DNA from: Bacteroidales bacterium
GTDB lineage: Bacteria > Bacteroidota > Bacteroidia > Bacteroidales > SZUA-534
Reading direction: 5' to 3'
NCBI GenBank assembly: GCA_046704385.1
Contig: JBJKSB010000021.1
Span: 17,269 to 81,268, forward strand
Length of the DNA: 64,000 nt
Every line of letters starts with the position of its first letter. Positions within the stretch are counted from its first letter, which is position 1. This document shows, piece by piece, positions 49,966-60,260 of this stretch. Under the pieces are notes generated by a model. It worked only from the letters and a program-made list of their open reading frames with translations, did not search any database and was not told the DNA's origin. The translations under genes were made by a program, and so were the position numbers.

Positions 49966-50415
49966 TTAATCCATTTTGAGGATTTTAAAAACCAATTCGG
50001 CTTCAAAACCTTTTGAAACAATGTATCTTGCTACTTTTTGATTAATTTCAAAATCATTCTTACCCCGGGTTAATTTTTTCTTTTTATCTGCTTCAAACTT
50101 CGCAATTTTAAAATATTCCGATTCATTTATTTGTTCCAGATGTTCGTTGATGAGATGACCCGGAAGCTGTTTTTGTTTTAAATAATGCCTGATTTTTATT
50201 TTGCCCCAATGATTGAAATTTAATTTATCGTTAATAAAAGCGGAAATATACCGTTCAGGGTCAATAAATTTTTCGTCGGTTAATTGTTTAATGATTTGTT
50301 CAAAATAAACGCCTGTAATTTCCCATTGATTTAACTTGTTAATTATATCGTAAGCACAGTATTCACGGGTGCTGCATAATTGTTTGCATTTTTCCAAAGC
50401 TGTTTTAACGTCCAT
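49966..50415 (-). CDS. recX: RecX regulatory protein
   Basis: 149 aa. Helical repeats; 'CSTREYCAYDIINKL' and 'FIDPERYISAFINDK' fit the RecX pattern. Confidence 0.75.
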   Translation of the reverse strand: MDVKTALEKCKQLCSTREYCAYDIINKLNQWEITGVYFEQIIKQLTDEKFIDPERYISAFINDKLNFNHWGKIKIRHYLKQKQLPGHLINEHLEQINESEYFKIAKFEADKKKKLTRGKNDFEINQKVARYIVSKGFEAELVFKILKMD

Positions 50416-51270
50416 TTAATAATTTGCTTTAATCATCCGGTTTTTACCGTAAAGGTCTTTTTTAACTTCGGTTTTTGAATAACCATGTTTAGTGAGCAGT
50501 TCACAAACATCATCTGCTAAATTTTCATTTATTTCAAAATACAGGCATCCTTTATTATGTAATATTTTGCGGCCAATAATTGCAATTTTATCGTAAAAAA
50601 CCAAAGGGTTGTTTTTAGTTACAAACAGTGCCAGGTGTGGTTCAAAATCGATAACATTGGCTTTCATTGCCTTTTTATCCAATTGTGTTACATAGGGTGG
50701 ATTACTCACAATAACATCGTAACCTGAAACAATTGCAGTACTACTATCATTTAAAATGTCGAATTTAAAGAATGAAATATTCACCGAGTTTTTTTTGGCA
50801 TTTTTCGTGGCAGTTTCAAGTGCTTCATCTGATAAATCAAGCGCATCAACGCGAGCGTTTTGCAGATGTTTTGCCAGTGAAACAGCAATACACCCGCTAC
50901 CGGTTCCGAAATCAATTATTTTTACAGGCTTGTAGTTGAAATCATTTACAATCCAGTCAACCAGTTCTTCAGTTTCTGGCCTGGGTATCAAAACAGATGG
51001 ATTTACCTTAAATGTCAGGTTATAAAAATCCGTTTCACCGGTAATATATTGAACCGGTTCATTATTCTCCAGTCGGGATAATGCTCCGGTCATTAAATTT
51101 ATTTCTTGTTGGGTTAAAATGATATCTTTGTTTGTTATTACAAAAATTCGGTTGTAACCTAACAAATGGTCAAATAACAAAAACAGGATTTGTTGAATTT
51201 CATTGTCGGAATATATTTTTTTAAGATGATTTTTATATTGTGTGCTGATTTGTTGAATCGTCTCTGACAT
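50416..51270 (-). CDS. prmC: release factor glutamine N5-methyltransferase
   Basis: 284 aa. 'PRPETEELV', 'DFGTGSGCIA' and 'VSNPPYV'. Adjacent to prfB. Confidence 0.9.
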   Translation of the reverse strand: MSETIQQISTQYKNHLKKIYSDNEIQQILFLLFDHLLGYNRIFVITNKDIILTQQEINLMTGALSRLENNEPVQYITGETDFYNLTFKVNPSVLIPRPETEELVDWIVNDFNYKPVKIIDFGTGSGCIAVSLAKHLQNARVDALDLSDEALETATKNAKKNSVNISFFKFDILNDSSTAIVSGYDVIVSNPPYVTQLDKKAMKANVIDFEPHLALFVTKNNPLVFYDKIAIIGRKILHNKGCLYFEINENLADDVCELLTKHGYSKTEVKKDLYGKNRMIKANY

Positions 51271-51341
51271 AACATACGAGTTTATTATAATTCCGGCAAA
51301 ACGTCGATTTTAATTCAGGTAAAAATAAAAAATTAGATACC

Positions 51342-52394
51342 ATGAGTGAAATAAACCACGATGAAAAATATATGTCGCGCTGCATCGAGTTGGCTCATAA
51401 AGGGAAAGGTCACGTTGCCCCAAACCCGATGGTAGGAGCAGTTATTGTTCATCAGGGCAAAATAATTGGTGAAGGTTATCACAGGGTTTTTGGTGGTCCG
51501 CATGCTGAGGTAAATGCCATTAATTCGGTAAAAAATAAAGATTTATTAAAGGATTCGACCATTTATGTAAGCCTGGAACCTTGTTCGCATCATGGTAAAA
51601 CGCCACCCTGTGCCGATTTATTTGTGCATGAGAAAATTCCACATGTGGTGGTGGGAATGAAAGATCCGTTTACTGAGGTAAATGGCGAGGGGATTCGTAA
51701 ATTACTTGAGGCAGGATGCAGGGTGGAGGTTGGTGTGTTGGAAGATGAATGCCGGGATTTGAATCGCGAATTTAATTTATTTCATACTCAAAAACGGCCT
51801 TATATTATTCTAAAATGGGCTCAAACCCTTGATGGCTTTATTGATAAGGAGCGTAAACCTGCTAATATTGCTGAACCCAACTGGATTACAAACGAAGAAT
51901 GCCGGTCGCTGGTACACAAATGGAGGACCGAGATTGGGGCTATAATGGTAGGAACTAATACAGCCCGATTAGATAATCCAAAATTAAATATTCGTGCATG
52001 GTCAGGCAAGGCCCCTTTACGCATTGTAATTGATAAGGATCTGAGCCTGCCCCAAACGCTTTTTCTATTTGACAATACACAACCTACTCTCGTTTTAAAC
52101 GAATTAAAAAATGAGAATATTGAAAACACGGAGTTTTTAAAAATTGAATTTGGAGAAAGTTTCATTCACGCACTTACTAAAGAATTGTACAACAGGAAAA
52201 TAATGAGTTTATTCGTTGAGGGCGGTCAGAAATTACTTAATTCGTTTATTGAACAGGATTTTTGGGACGAAACCCGGATTTTTACTGGCAACAAATATTT
52301 CAATGCCGGAACTATGGCTCCCAAAATCAACGGACGTATTATTTCACAAGAAAATTTAGGCGATAATATGCTGGTTTTAAGGGTAAATTCCTGA
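51342..52394 (+). CDS. ribD: bifunctional riboflavin biosynthesis deaminase/reductase
   Basis: 350 aa. Deaminase zinc motifs 'HAEVNA' and 'EPCSHHGKTPPC'. C-terminal reductase 'KWAQTLDGFI'. Confidence 0.95.
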   Translation: MSEINHDEKYMSRCIELAHKGKGHVAPNPMVGAVIVHQGKIIGEGYHRVFGGPHAEVNAINSVKNKDLLKDSTIYVSLEPCSHHGKTPPCADLFVHEKIPHVVVGMKDPFTEVNGEGIRKLLEAGCRVEVGVLEDECRDLNREFNLFHTQKRPYIILKWAQTLDGFIDKERKPANIAEPNWITNEECRSLVHKWRTEIGAIMVGTNTARLDNPKLNIRAWSGKAPLRIVIDKDLSLPQTLFLFDNTQPTLVLNELKNENIENTEFLKIEFGESFIHALTKELYNRKIMSLFVEGGQKLLNSFIEQDFWDETRIFTGNKYFNAGTMAPKINGRIISQENLGDNMLVLRVNS

Positions 52395-52495
52395 GGTCCT
52401 GTTTCATTCAAAACTGTCAGGAATTATAATTTAGTTGGGGCGGAAACAAAAATTCGGTTTACTTGAAATGCAGCCAATAATATATTAAATTTGGG

Positions 52496-53236
52496 ATGTT
52501 CAATAATTCAGGCGACAATGAAAAAAACAAGTTTCGTTTTAATAATTATGATTTTGTTTTTTGGATTGGTGGTGCAGCCCAGGTTATTAAAGGGAATGGA
52601 AAGCTTATTTCTGATACCAGGGATTTATCTGGATATACCGGGATTATTGCACAGGGAAAGTTTAATCTGATTTTAACGCAGGGTGAAAAGGAAGGGATTC
52701 GTATTGAAACGGATGAAAATGTTGTTGAATTATTCCAGACCAGGATTGATGAAAAAATTCTCTATATTACTATGGTTGCCGATGTGAAAATATCAGAGGC
52801 ATTAAATGTTTACGTATCTGTTAAAGAGCTGGAAAAAATAATACTGTTAAGCGAAGTTGCTTTAAAAACAGAATCTGTTATTCATTTTGATCAATTTTCA
52901 ATAATATCTGGTGGGATGTGTCAGGTTGACATGGAGCTGTTTGCGGCTGATCTGAATGTAAAGTTAACCGATGGCACGTATGGTGTATTTAAAGGTTATG
53001 CTGAGAATTTTACAGCAGAAGTTCACGATGAAACAGAATTAAATGCGTTCGACCTTCAAACCGATAATGCGGATATTTCAGCATCGGGGTTAACCGAAGT
53101 AATGGTAGACGTTCAAAAAGATATGAAACTAATGATAACAGGGGCAAGTAATTTATATTATACGGGTAACCCTGTGGTAAGCCAGCGGATATTTTCCAGC
53201 ACCGGGTTTATCGTTAAACGGCAACGAAAAAATTAG
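52496..53236 (+). CDS. DUF2807 (head GIN domain) protein; signal peptide lies in another frame
   Basis: 246-aa ORF with 'AQVIKGNGKLISDTRDLSGY', typical of DUF2807. An ATG at 52518 in another frame encodes MKKTSFVLIIMILFFGLVV. One extra T in the T6 run at 52557-52562 would fuse the two frames. Confidence 0.7.
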   Translation: MFNNSGDNEKNKFRFNNYDFVFWIGGAAQVIKGNGKLISDTRDLSGYTGIIAQGKFNLILTQGEKEGIRIETDENVVELFQTRIDEKILYITMVADVKISEALNVYVSVKELEKIILLSEVALKTESVIHFDQFSIISGGMCQVDMELFAADLNVKLTDGTYGVFKGYAENFTAEVHDETELNAFDLQTDNADISASGLTEVMVDVQKDMKLMITGASNLYYTGNPVVSQRIFSSTGFIVKRQRKN

Positions 53237-54300
53237 CAAAAATTTGAATTATTATTTTTAGTGAAGGTTTTAAGGGCCAAAATAAATTTTTCTTCTTCAT
53301 TATTTAAAAATTTTACTTCAACCGGTAATGAATAAACCGGAAGTTTTGATAACTCATCCGTATAACTTCCACTTTTAAATCTGACAGCATCTTTCTCAGT
53401 ACAGATAATTATTTTATTCTTTTCATTAATTGCCATAAAAGTACTGGTTATCTTGTTTATATCGCCGTGGGAAAAGTCGTGATGATCGGGGAAAGGCATC
53501 TTTTTTAAGACAGCATTTGCTTTTTCGAGTTTTTTATAAATTGGGTTAGGATTAGCAATTCCGGTTACCAGAATCACAACAACTCCTTTCAAATCATCAA
53601 TTTGCAAAAGCCTGTGTTCATCTGAGAAAACAGGTTTCAGGGCTTTATATTCAAAAGTAGTAAAATATAATCCTTGATACGGGAACAGGTTTAATTCCTT
53701 TGACATAATTCTGAAATCCAATGGATTTAGCTCTTCCGGGCATTTTGTAATAATTACAATATCGGCACGATTCCGGTTTCGGGCTGGTTCTCTTAATCTA
53801 CCCACAGGAAGCAGAAAATCTTTTGTAATAGGTTTGTTATAATCAATTAAAAGGATATTAAGTCCGGGATCAACATACCGGTGTTGATAGGCATCATCAA
53901 GCAAGACCACCTGTGGTTCATTTTTGCCTGTAAGCATGGTTTCTATGGCGTGCACCCTTTTTTCATCAACAATAACATTTGCTTTTGGGAATTTTTGTTT
54001 AATCTGTAGAGGCTCGTCACCCACATCAATAGCTTTTGACAAAGTACTAACCTCTTTGAAACCACGGGTTATTCTTTTATACCCCCGGCTGATGCACGCT
54101 AAAGAATATTCTGAAATGAGTATTTTAATCAGGTATTCAATATGCGGTGTCTTACCTGTACCTCCAACGGTAATGTTGCCAACACCTATTACCGGCAAAT
54201 TAAATTCATTTGATTTTTTCCACCCCCAATCAAAAAGCTTATTCCTGATGGAAATAGCCAAACCATAAATAAGCGAAATGGGAAGTAAAAGCCAGCGCAT
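53233..54300 (-). CDS. lpxK: tetraacyldisaccharide 4'-kinase
   Basis: 355 aa. P-loop 'GNITVGGTGKTP', 'SRGYKR' and 'LDDAYQH'. Confidence 0.9.
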   Translation of the reverse strand: MRWLLLPISLIYGLAISIRNKLFDWGWKKSNEFNLPVIGVGNITVGGTGKTPHIEYLIKILISEYSLACISRGYKRITRGFKEVSTLSKAIDVGDEPLQIKQKFPKANVIVDEKRVHAIETMLTGKNEPQVVLLDDAYQHRYVDPGLNILLIDYNKPITKDFLLPVGRLREPARNRNRADIVIITKCPEELNPLDFRIMSKELNLFPYQGLYFTTFEYKALKPVFSDEHRLLQIDDLKGVVVILVTGIANPNPIYKKLEKANAVLKKMPFPDHHDFSHGDINKITSTFMAINEKNKIIICTEKDAVRFKSGSYTDELSKLPVYSLPVEVKFLNNEEEKFILALKTFTKNNNSNFC

Positions 54301-54375
54301 ATTTTTTATTTATTCAATCTTTTAAAGATAGGCTCTTCGCAAGGAAATAAAAATTTTTATCGGGATTTTACAAAA

Positions 54376-54404
54376 AAAAGGCTGTTTTATTAAAACAGCC
54401 TTTT
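54376..54404 (-). terminator. intrinsic terminator after the DUF2723 gene
   Basis: Minus strand AAAAGGCTGTTTTAATAAAACAGCCTTTTTTTT. Confidence 0.75.
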
Positions 54405-54422
54405 AAAATATAGTAAATTGTT

Positions 54423-57400
54423 TTATTGTCTGGGAGCCCCTTGTATGAACAAATTGTACATATCTTCAAATTTCTTCGACAAATCATTCGACAGGTCAGT
54501 TTCGCCGTATTTACGGGTAATTTCAACCAGCCATTGCATGGTTGCCATACTAAGTTGTTTTTCCTGGTCGGCAGCGTTCGGCATTTTAGAATCAAGCTTG
54601 AAATAGTATTCCATGTCAAATACGGCATCGTCAGCCATCTTCTTAACCAATTCATTGCCTTTGTCTTTCATGCCGGCATAGAAAAATCCTTCAACAAATT
54701 GAGTGTCGAAATAATCAAGTGGCATTTTTTCAGGAGGTAATACTTCAAGACCACGATTCATAACCATTTTTGCTGAATCCATTTTTCCCTCGGCTGCCAA
54801 AGCTTGTGCCAACCGGCCAAAATTACTTCTGACTTTAACAATTCTGATGGTACGTTTAATGTTTTCATCCAGGTAAACCTTAGGTTTTCCCATATTGCCC
54901 CATTTAAATTTGTTCATCATATTGTCATAAAGAATATCGGTATTAATACAGCCAACATTTTGATAATCAAATTTTGTTTTAATTGGAACAAATCGATAAG
55001 CAAAGCCTTCATCCTGGAAATAGTCGCGTATATTGGTTTCGTTTCCTGAACCAACTGAAACAAAATATATTGGTCGTTCCCAGTTTGCTGATGAAAGCAG
55101 ATCGAGAATCATCAGATCATTTTTCAAAACATAGTTGGTGTTCATTTTCCATTTTATTTCATCAACAATCTGGTTAGCACGAGCTGGTTCCACAACACCC
55201 TCATCAAGAACTTTCTGTTTATCAACGGTAATTTTGAATTTTTTTGTTGGGAAATAATTTGTCCTTTCATTTAGTGATGTTTGTACCTGTGTTGCCGGGT
55301 TATCACTACCCACAAAATCAATAACCTGTTTCAATTCAATATAATTATCCTTAATCCGGGGATCTTCGTAAACAGGCAGCTGTTCTCTATCACCGGTTTG
55401 ATATTGATTTTTCTTCAGGCTAAATGGTACCGGTTTTGAATCATAATATTGTGATTTCATCTGGTCAATATACCAGTCGGTAATAAGATAAGGCAAACAT
55501 ATAACCCGAACATCGGTGCGTACTCCCTCAACTTCCTGGATATACCATAATGGGAAGGTGTCGTTATCGCCGTTGGTAAAAATTACACCATCTTTCTTGC
55601 ATGAGTTCAGATAGTCATACGCCAGGTCGCGTGCTATATACCGGTCTGAACGGTCGTGATCATCCCAGTTCTGAGCACCCATAATGCTTGGTATAAATAA
55701 TGCTAACACAGTTGCTACAGCAGCAGATGGAACCTCACCGAGTTTTTTCGATAATTGATTATAAATGGCCAATACGCCCAATCCAATCCAAATGGCAAAA
55801 GCATAAAACGAACCCGCATAGGCGTAATCACGCTCCCGGGGTTGCAAGGGATATTGATTCAAATAAATAACAATGGCCAGACCTGTAAGAATGAACAATG
55901 CCATTACAATCCAGAAATTCTTTTTGTCTTTTGAAAGTTGGAAAAAGAGTCCAAATAATCCCAACAGGAACGGTAGCATGTAATATTTGTTGTGCGCTTT
56001 ATTCCCTGCGTATTTTGAGGGTAAATGATCCTGAGGTCCTAAGCCAAGAATATTTTCATCGATAAAGTTAATTCCGGTAATCCAGTTTCCGTTAAGTAGT
56101 CCCCCATGGCCTTGGTAATCATTTTGTCTGCCCGAGAAGTTCCACATAAAATACCGCCAGTACATATGACCGATTTGGTATCTGAACAGAAACCTCATGT
56201 TTTCTATAAAAGTAGGCTTGTAAAAGGTCTGCATATCACCTTTATTATTTTGTGCCTGCACTTTATAACCCTTAATTTTTGCCCATTTCTTATATTCCTG
56301 TATGTGTTCAGGTTTTGAGCTGTACATACGGGGGAAGAACATGGTAAGTTTGCTGTTGTAATTGTAATCAATCTTACGCTTGCCCTCTTTGTACTTTTTA
56401 TCGCCGCGTATCCAGGTTCTTTCTCCTTGTTTATAAGGATCGTTAAGGTCGATCGGTGTATCGTAATATTGTCCGTACAACAAGGGCCTTTCACCATATT
56501 GTTCACGGTTTAGATAGCTTAAAAGCGAGAATGCATCTTCAGGGTTATTTTGATCAATTGGTGGAGTAGCGCTCGAACGGATCATTATTATGGCGTACGA
56601 CGCATAGCCAATCATCATTACGGTTAGTGCCAGAATAACTGTATTTAAAATAACCATTCTTTTTTTGCGGGTGTAATAAATAGTGAAACCCAGCGATCCA
56701 AACAAAAGCAGGATAAAGAATATAAGCCCGGAGTTAAATGGTAATCCAAAACCGTTAACAAACATCAGATCGAACAAAAAGCCCACTTTTACAACCCCAG
56801 GAATAATTATCCACATAACCGAACCTAAAATGATACCGGATAAAATCAAGGCTGTAATAACTCCTTTGCGTGTGGCTTCATATTTTCTGAAATAATATAC
56901 CAGTACCATAGCAGGAATTGCCAGCAGGTTTAGCAGGTGGACTCCTATTGATAGGCCGACTATATAGGCTATCAGGATGATCCATCGGTTGCTGTATTTT
57001 TCATCCGCAGTATTTTCCCATTTTAGAATGGCCCAAAATACAAATGCCGTAATTAATGATGAGGTGGCATATACCTCCCCTTCAACGGCTGAAAACCAGA
57101 AAGTGTCAGAAAATGTGTAGGCCAGTGATCCAATTACGCCACTTCCAATTACGGCAATAGTTTGCCCCAGGCTTAATTCTTCACGGTTAATAATTTTCCG
57201 GGCAAGGTGTGTGATGGTCCAAAACAGGAACATTATGGTAAATGCACTGGCGAGAGCCGACATGGTATTTACCCATTTTGCAACATTTTGAACATTTCCA
57301 CCGGCCAAATTTGTAAAGAAATTGGTCAACAGCATGAAAACAGGTGCTCCGGGTGGGTGGCCTACTTCAAGCTTATATCCCGTTGCTATAAATTCGCCAC

Positions 57401-57503
57401 AATCCCAGAAACTGGCAGAGGGTTCAATGGTGCTAATGTATACAAATGCCGAAATGGCAAATACTACCCATCCAAAAATTACATTAAGCTTTTGATATTT
57501 CAT
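54423..57503 (-). CDS. DUF2723 large membrane protein (putative glycosyltransferase)
   Basis: 1026 aa. N-terminus 'IEPSASFWDCGEFIATGYKLEVGHPPGAP' is characteristic of DUF2723. Many TM helices and a large C-terminal soluble part. Confidence 0.8.
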   Translation of the reverse strand: MKYQKLNVIFGWVVFAISAFVYISTIEPSASFWDCGEFIATGYKLEVGHPPGAPVFMLLTNFFTNLAGGNVQNVAKWVNTMSALASAFTIMFLFWTITHLARKIINREELSLGQTIAVIGSGVIGSLAYTFSDTFWFSAVEGEVYATSSLITAFVFWAILKWENTADEKYSNRWIILIAYIVGLSIGVHLLNLLAIPAMVLVYYFRKYEATRKGVITALILSGIILGSVMWIIIPGVVKVGFLFDLMFVNGFGLPFNSGLIFFILLLFGSLGFTIYYTRKKRMVILNTVILALTVMMIGYASYAIIMIRSSATPPIDQNNPEDAFSLLSYLNREQYGERPLLYGQYYDTPIDLNDPYKQGERTWIRGDKKYKEGKRKIDYNYNSKLTMFFPRMYSSKPEHIQEYKKWAKIKGYKVQAQNNKGDMQTFYKPTFIENMRFLFRYQIGHMYWRYFMWNFSGRQNDYQGHGGLLNGNWITGINFIDENILGLGPQDHLPSKYAGNKAHNKYYMLPFLLGLFGLFFQLSKDKKNFWIVMALFILTGLAIVIYLNQYPLQPRERDYAYAGSFYAFAIWIGLGVLAIYNQLSKKLGEVPSAAVATVLALFIPSIMGAQNWDDHDRSDRYIARDLAYDYLNSCKKDGVIFTNGDNDTFPLWYIQEVEGVRTDVRVICLPYLITDWYIDQMKSQYYDSKPVPFSLKKNQYQTGDREQLPVYEDPRIKDNYIELKQVIDFVGSDNPATQVQTSLNERTNYFPTKKFKITVDKQKVLDEGVVEPARANQIVDEIKWKMNTNYVLKNDLMILDLLSSANWERPIYFVSVGSGNETNIRDYFQDEGFAYRFVPIKTKFDYQNVGCINTDILYDNMMNKFKWGNMGKPKVYLDENIKRTIRIVKVRSNFGRLAQALAAEGKMDSAKMVMNRGLEVLPPEKMPLDYFDTQFVEGFFYAGMKDKGNELVKKMADDAVFDMEYYFKLDSKMPNAADQEKQLSMATMQWLVEITRKYGETDLSNDLSKKFEDMYNLFIQGAPRQ

Positions 57504-57607
57504 TGTTTTAATATGTTATGGTTATCCGGTTTAACCCGGAATTTGAACGGTTTGCCAATAATAAACTTCAAAACCGCACCTGTTATTTTATAAATTTATA
57601 CTTAACG

Positions 57608-59050
57608 CTAATTGTCGTATTTAATTATCTTATAAATGTTTTTGATTTTGATAAGCCCAATACTGAATGCCAGAACAAAACTTAACGAAACCATTATTCC
57701 TAAACTCACTATCCAGTTATAGGGTAGATCTTTCGAAATTATCCCTAACAAAACAACTCCCGATGCAAATATCAATAATAAAATTAAAAGTTTATAATTT
57801 ATCCTGAGTTTAAAAATTTTATAGGCTATAAGTACCTGAATTATAGCCGTTAATGATTGTGTGATGAGGCTTGCGATTGCTGATCCCAACGCTTGTAATC
57901 TTGGGATCATTATTAAGTTTAAAGCTACATTAAGTGCCATACCGATACCAGCCATAATGTTTAACTGTTTTAAGCTGCCATTAGCTGTTAGCAGTGTACC
58001 GAAAATGTAGGTAGTTGCTATGGGGATATATCCAAACATCAAAATTGAAAAGATATCGGCTGAACTTGATACATGGCGGTGATATAAAAGTTCCATGATC
58101 TCGGTACTGTAAAATGCTGAGGTAATGGCTACTATCAGAGCCGGAACTACTATAAGTATAAATGATAATTGCGTAAGTTGTGCAATGGCTTCGTTTTGCT
58201 TTATCATTTTAGAAAAAATAGGAAGCAGTAAGCCTGCAAAAAGCAGCGCAAACATTGAGGCCGCATCTAATATTCTGAAGGCTTGGGCGTAAATACCTGC
58301 CTGTAAACTGCCATCTCCTAATAGTCGTTCAAGCAAAATGGCATCGAACCGGTTATATGAGCCCATTAACAAGGCCAAAATAGCATAGGGATAACTTTGT
58401 TTCAGAATAACCAGGGCGAATTGCAAATCGAATTTAAGCTTAATTTTTCCACTGCGGAAAAGCACCAGTAAAAATGCAATAAAAGCAGTAATACTATAAG
58501 CAGCTGTTTGCGCAAATACAAACCATTTAATTTTAAAAGGGGTGTGTGTTACGTTGCCCCAAAGCAAAATTCCGCAAATGATAATCATTAAGGTACGATC
58601 AAGTACAGAAATGACACTGTCGGTTTTAAAAAGGTGTAAACCGGCCAGATTCGATCGCAGATAAAGTAAAAATGAGGCCAAAAACTGATTAAATACCAGG
58701 AATATCAGTAGTTTGATTTGATTCCACTGGTACTTCCATATCCAGGCAACCGTGATGGTAATTACAAAATAAACCACCCCCAGGGCAAGCCTTAGTAATA
58801 TGATATTCGAAAAATGTTTGTTAAGTAAATGACTGTTTTGGGCTATATTACGGTTATTGAAATTTGTAATGCCCAAATCGAGTAACATATTCAAAATAAG
58901 CGAAAAATTGAAAAGAGCAAAATAAAAACCATATTGTTCGGCTCCTACTACATTTTGAACAGTTCGGTCAATACCAAAAATCCAAAACGGCTTAACCAGC
59001 AGGTTTAGAAATATAACAAGGGCTAAATTAGTTATGAATTTTCTTTTCAA
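57608..59050 (-). CDS. MOP/Wzx-type oligosaccharide flippase
   Basis: 480 aa with at least 12 hydrophobic helices. Polysaccharide-biosynthesis-protein-like organisation. Confidence 0.7.
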   Translation of the reverse strand: MKRKFITNLALVIFLNLLVKPFWIFGIDRTVQNVVGAEQYGFYFALFNFSLILNMLLDLGITNFNNRNIAQNSHLLNKHFSNIILLRLALGVVYFVITITVAWIWKYQWNQIKLLIFLVFNQFLASFLLYLRSNLAGLHLFKTDSVISVLDRTLMIIICGILLWGNVTHTPFKIKWFVFAQTAAYSITAFIAFLLVLFRSGKIKLKFDLQFALVILKQSYPYAILALLMGSYNRFDAILLERLLGDGSLQAGIYAQAFRILDAASMFALLFAGLLLPIFSKMIKQNEAIAQLTQLSFILIVVPALIVAITSAFYSTEIMELLYHRHVSSSADIFSILMFGYIPIATTYIFGTLLTANGSLKQLNIMAGIGMALNVALNLIMIPRLQALGSAIASLITQSLTAIIQVLIAYKIFKLRINYKLLILLLIFASGVVLLGIISKDLPYNWIVSLGIMVSLSFVLAFSIGLIKIKNIYKIIKYDN

Positions 59051-59187
59051 CTTAAACAGAATAAATTTTGCATGCCAAAAGTAATAATCTTTATGTTTGG
59101 ATTGAACATTGCAGGCTTTTTTTTGGTGTTAGAATAAAGTTAAAATTTTATTATTCTATCTTTAAATGATAAAGCAAAATAATTTTC

Positions 59188-59787
59188 ATGTTAAAGCCAT
59201 TTTATAAAGACGGAGTTATTGAAGCCGGATGTGACGAGGCGGGTAGAGGCTGCCTGGCCGGTCCGGTATTTGCTGCAGCTGTGATTTTGCCTGCTGATTT
59301 TGAACATGGCAGTTTAAACGATTCCAAGCAACTTTCGGAAAAAAAGCGTTACGAACTAAGGCAGTTTATTTTGGAAAATGCCCTGGATTACAAAGTGGCC
59401 AGCTATAGTTCGCAGGAAATTGACCAGGTTAATATTTTAAACGCTTCTATATTCTCAATGCACAAGGCCTTGGATACCTTACAAACCAGGCCGGAGTTCA
59501 TAATTATTGATGGGAATCGATTCATGCCTTATCGTGATATTCCATACCAAACTATTGTAAAAGGGGATGGTAAATACCTTTCTATTGCTGCAGCTTCAAT
59601 TCTGGCTAAAACTTATCGTGATGATTATATGATTCAATTGCACGAAGAATTTCCGATGTATAACTGGAAAAAAAATAAAGGTTATCCCACCAAAGATCAT
59701 CGTGAAGCTATTGTCAAATTCGGAATTACTCCTTATCACCGTAGAAGTTTCAGGTTATTGGATAATCAGCTTAAGCTTGATTTTTGA
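59188..59787 (+). CDS. rnhB: ribonuclease HII
   Basis: 199 aa. '[15 protein letters not shown]', 'DSKQLS' and 'IIIDGN'. Confidence 0.95.
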   Translation: MLKPFYKDGVIEAGCDEAGRGCLAGPVFAAAVILPADFEHGSLNDSKQLSEKKRYELRQFILENALDYKVASYSSQEIDQVNILNASIFSMHKALDTLQTRPEFIIIDGNRFMPYRDIPYQTIVKGDGKYLSIAAASILAKTYRDDYMIQLHEEFPMYNWKKNKGYPTKDHREAIVKFGITPYHRRSFRLLDNQLKLDF

Positions 59788-59796
59788 GCACAAAAA

Positions 59797-59816
59797 AAAG
59801 TGGTCGAAACCACTTT
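59797..59816. terminator. bidirectional hairpin between convergent genes
   Basis: AAAGTGGT-cgaa-ACCACTTT, flanked by an A-run and a T-rich tail. Confidence 0.65.
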
Positions 59817-59821
59817 CAAAT

Positions 59822-60124
59822 CTATTTTATCATTTTCCTGAGTTTCTCAAATATTTTATCAGCACCCTGTATAAGTTCATTTCTTATATCAGTAAAATAT
59901 TTGGGCGATAATTCATCAGGATGATTAATCTTTTGGATTAATTTGTTTCGAAGTTCAACTGCTTCTTCAACCAGTTGAACTGTCTTGTCTTTATTTTCAG
60001 GATGCAGACTTATATAGGTATTGCAATCTGATATAATCTCATAAACCAGATAATTAACCTCGTTTTTAATATCACGTATCTTAGCCATATTATTTATGTG
60101 TAATGTTAAAATTCTAATATACAA
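59822..60124 (-). CDS. small helical protein of unknown function
   Basis: 100-aa ORF. The more likely start is the ATG at 60088 ('MAKIRDIKNE...'). Confidence 0.5.
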   Translation of the reverse strand: MYIRILTLHINNMAKIRDIKNEVNYLVYEIISDCNTYISLHPENKDKTVQLVEEAVELRNKLIQKINHPDELSPKYFTDIRNELIQGADKIFEKLRKMIK

Positions 60125-60260
60125 CCCAAAATCCGCAAAACAAAATCTGTTTTACATATTAGATTAAGAAAATCATACCAGTCTTGATTTTTTCTAAAAT
60201 TTAAACAAGAGATTTTCTAAATTGGTTTGTCTGGTGGAATTGTAATGAAGTAATCTAAAA

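Noticed and set aside
51271-51341. Looked for an FMN riboswitch upstream of ribD.
   Set aside because: The spacer is only 71 bp and shows none of the conserved FMN-element stems.
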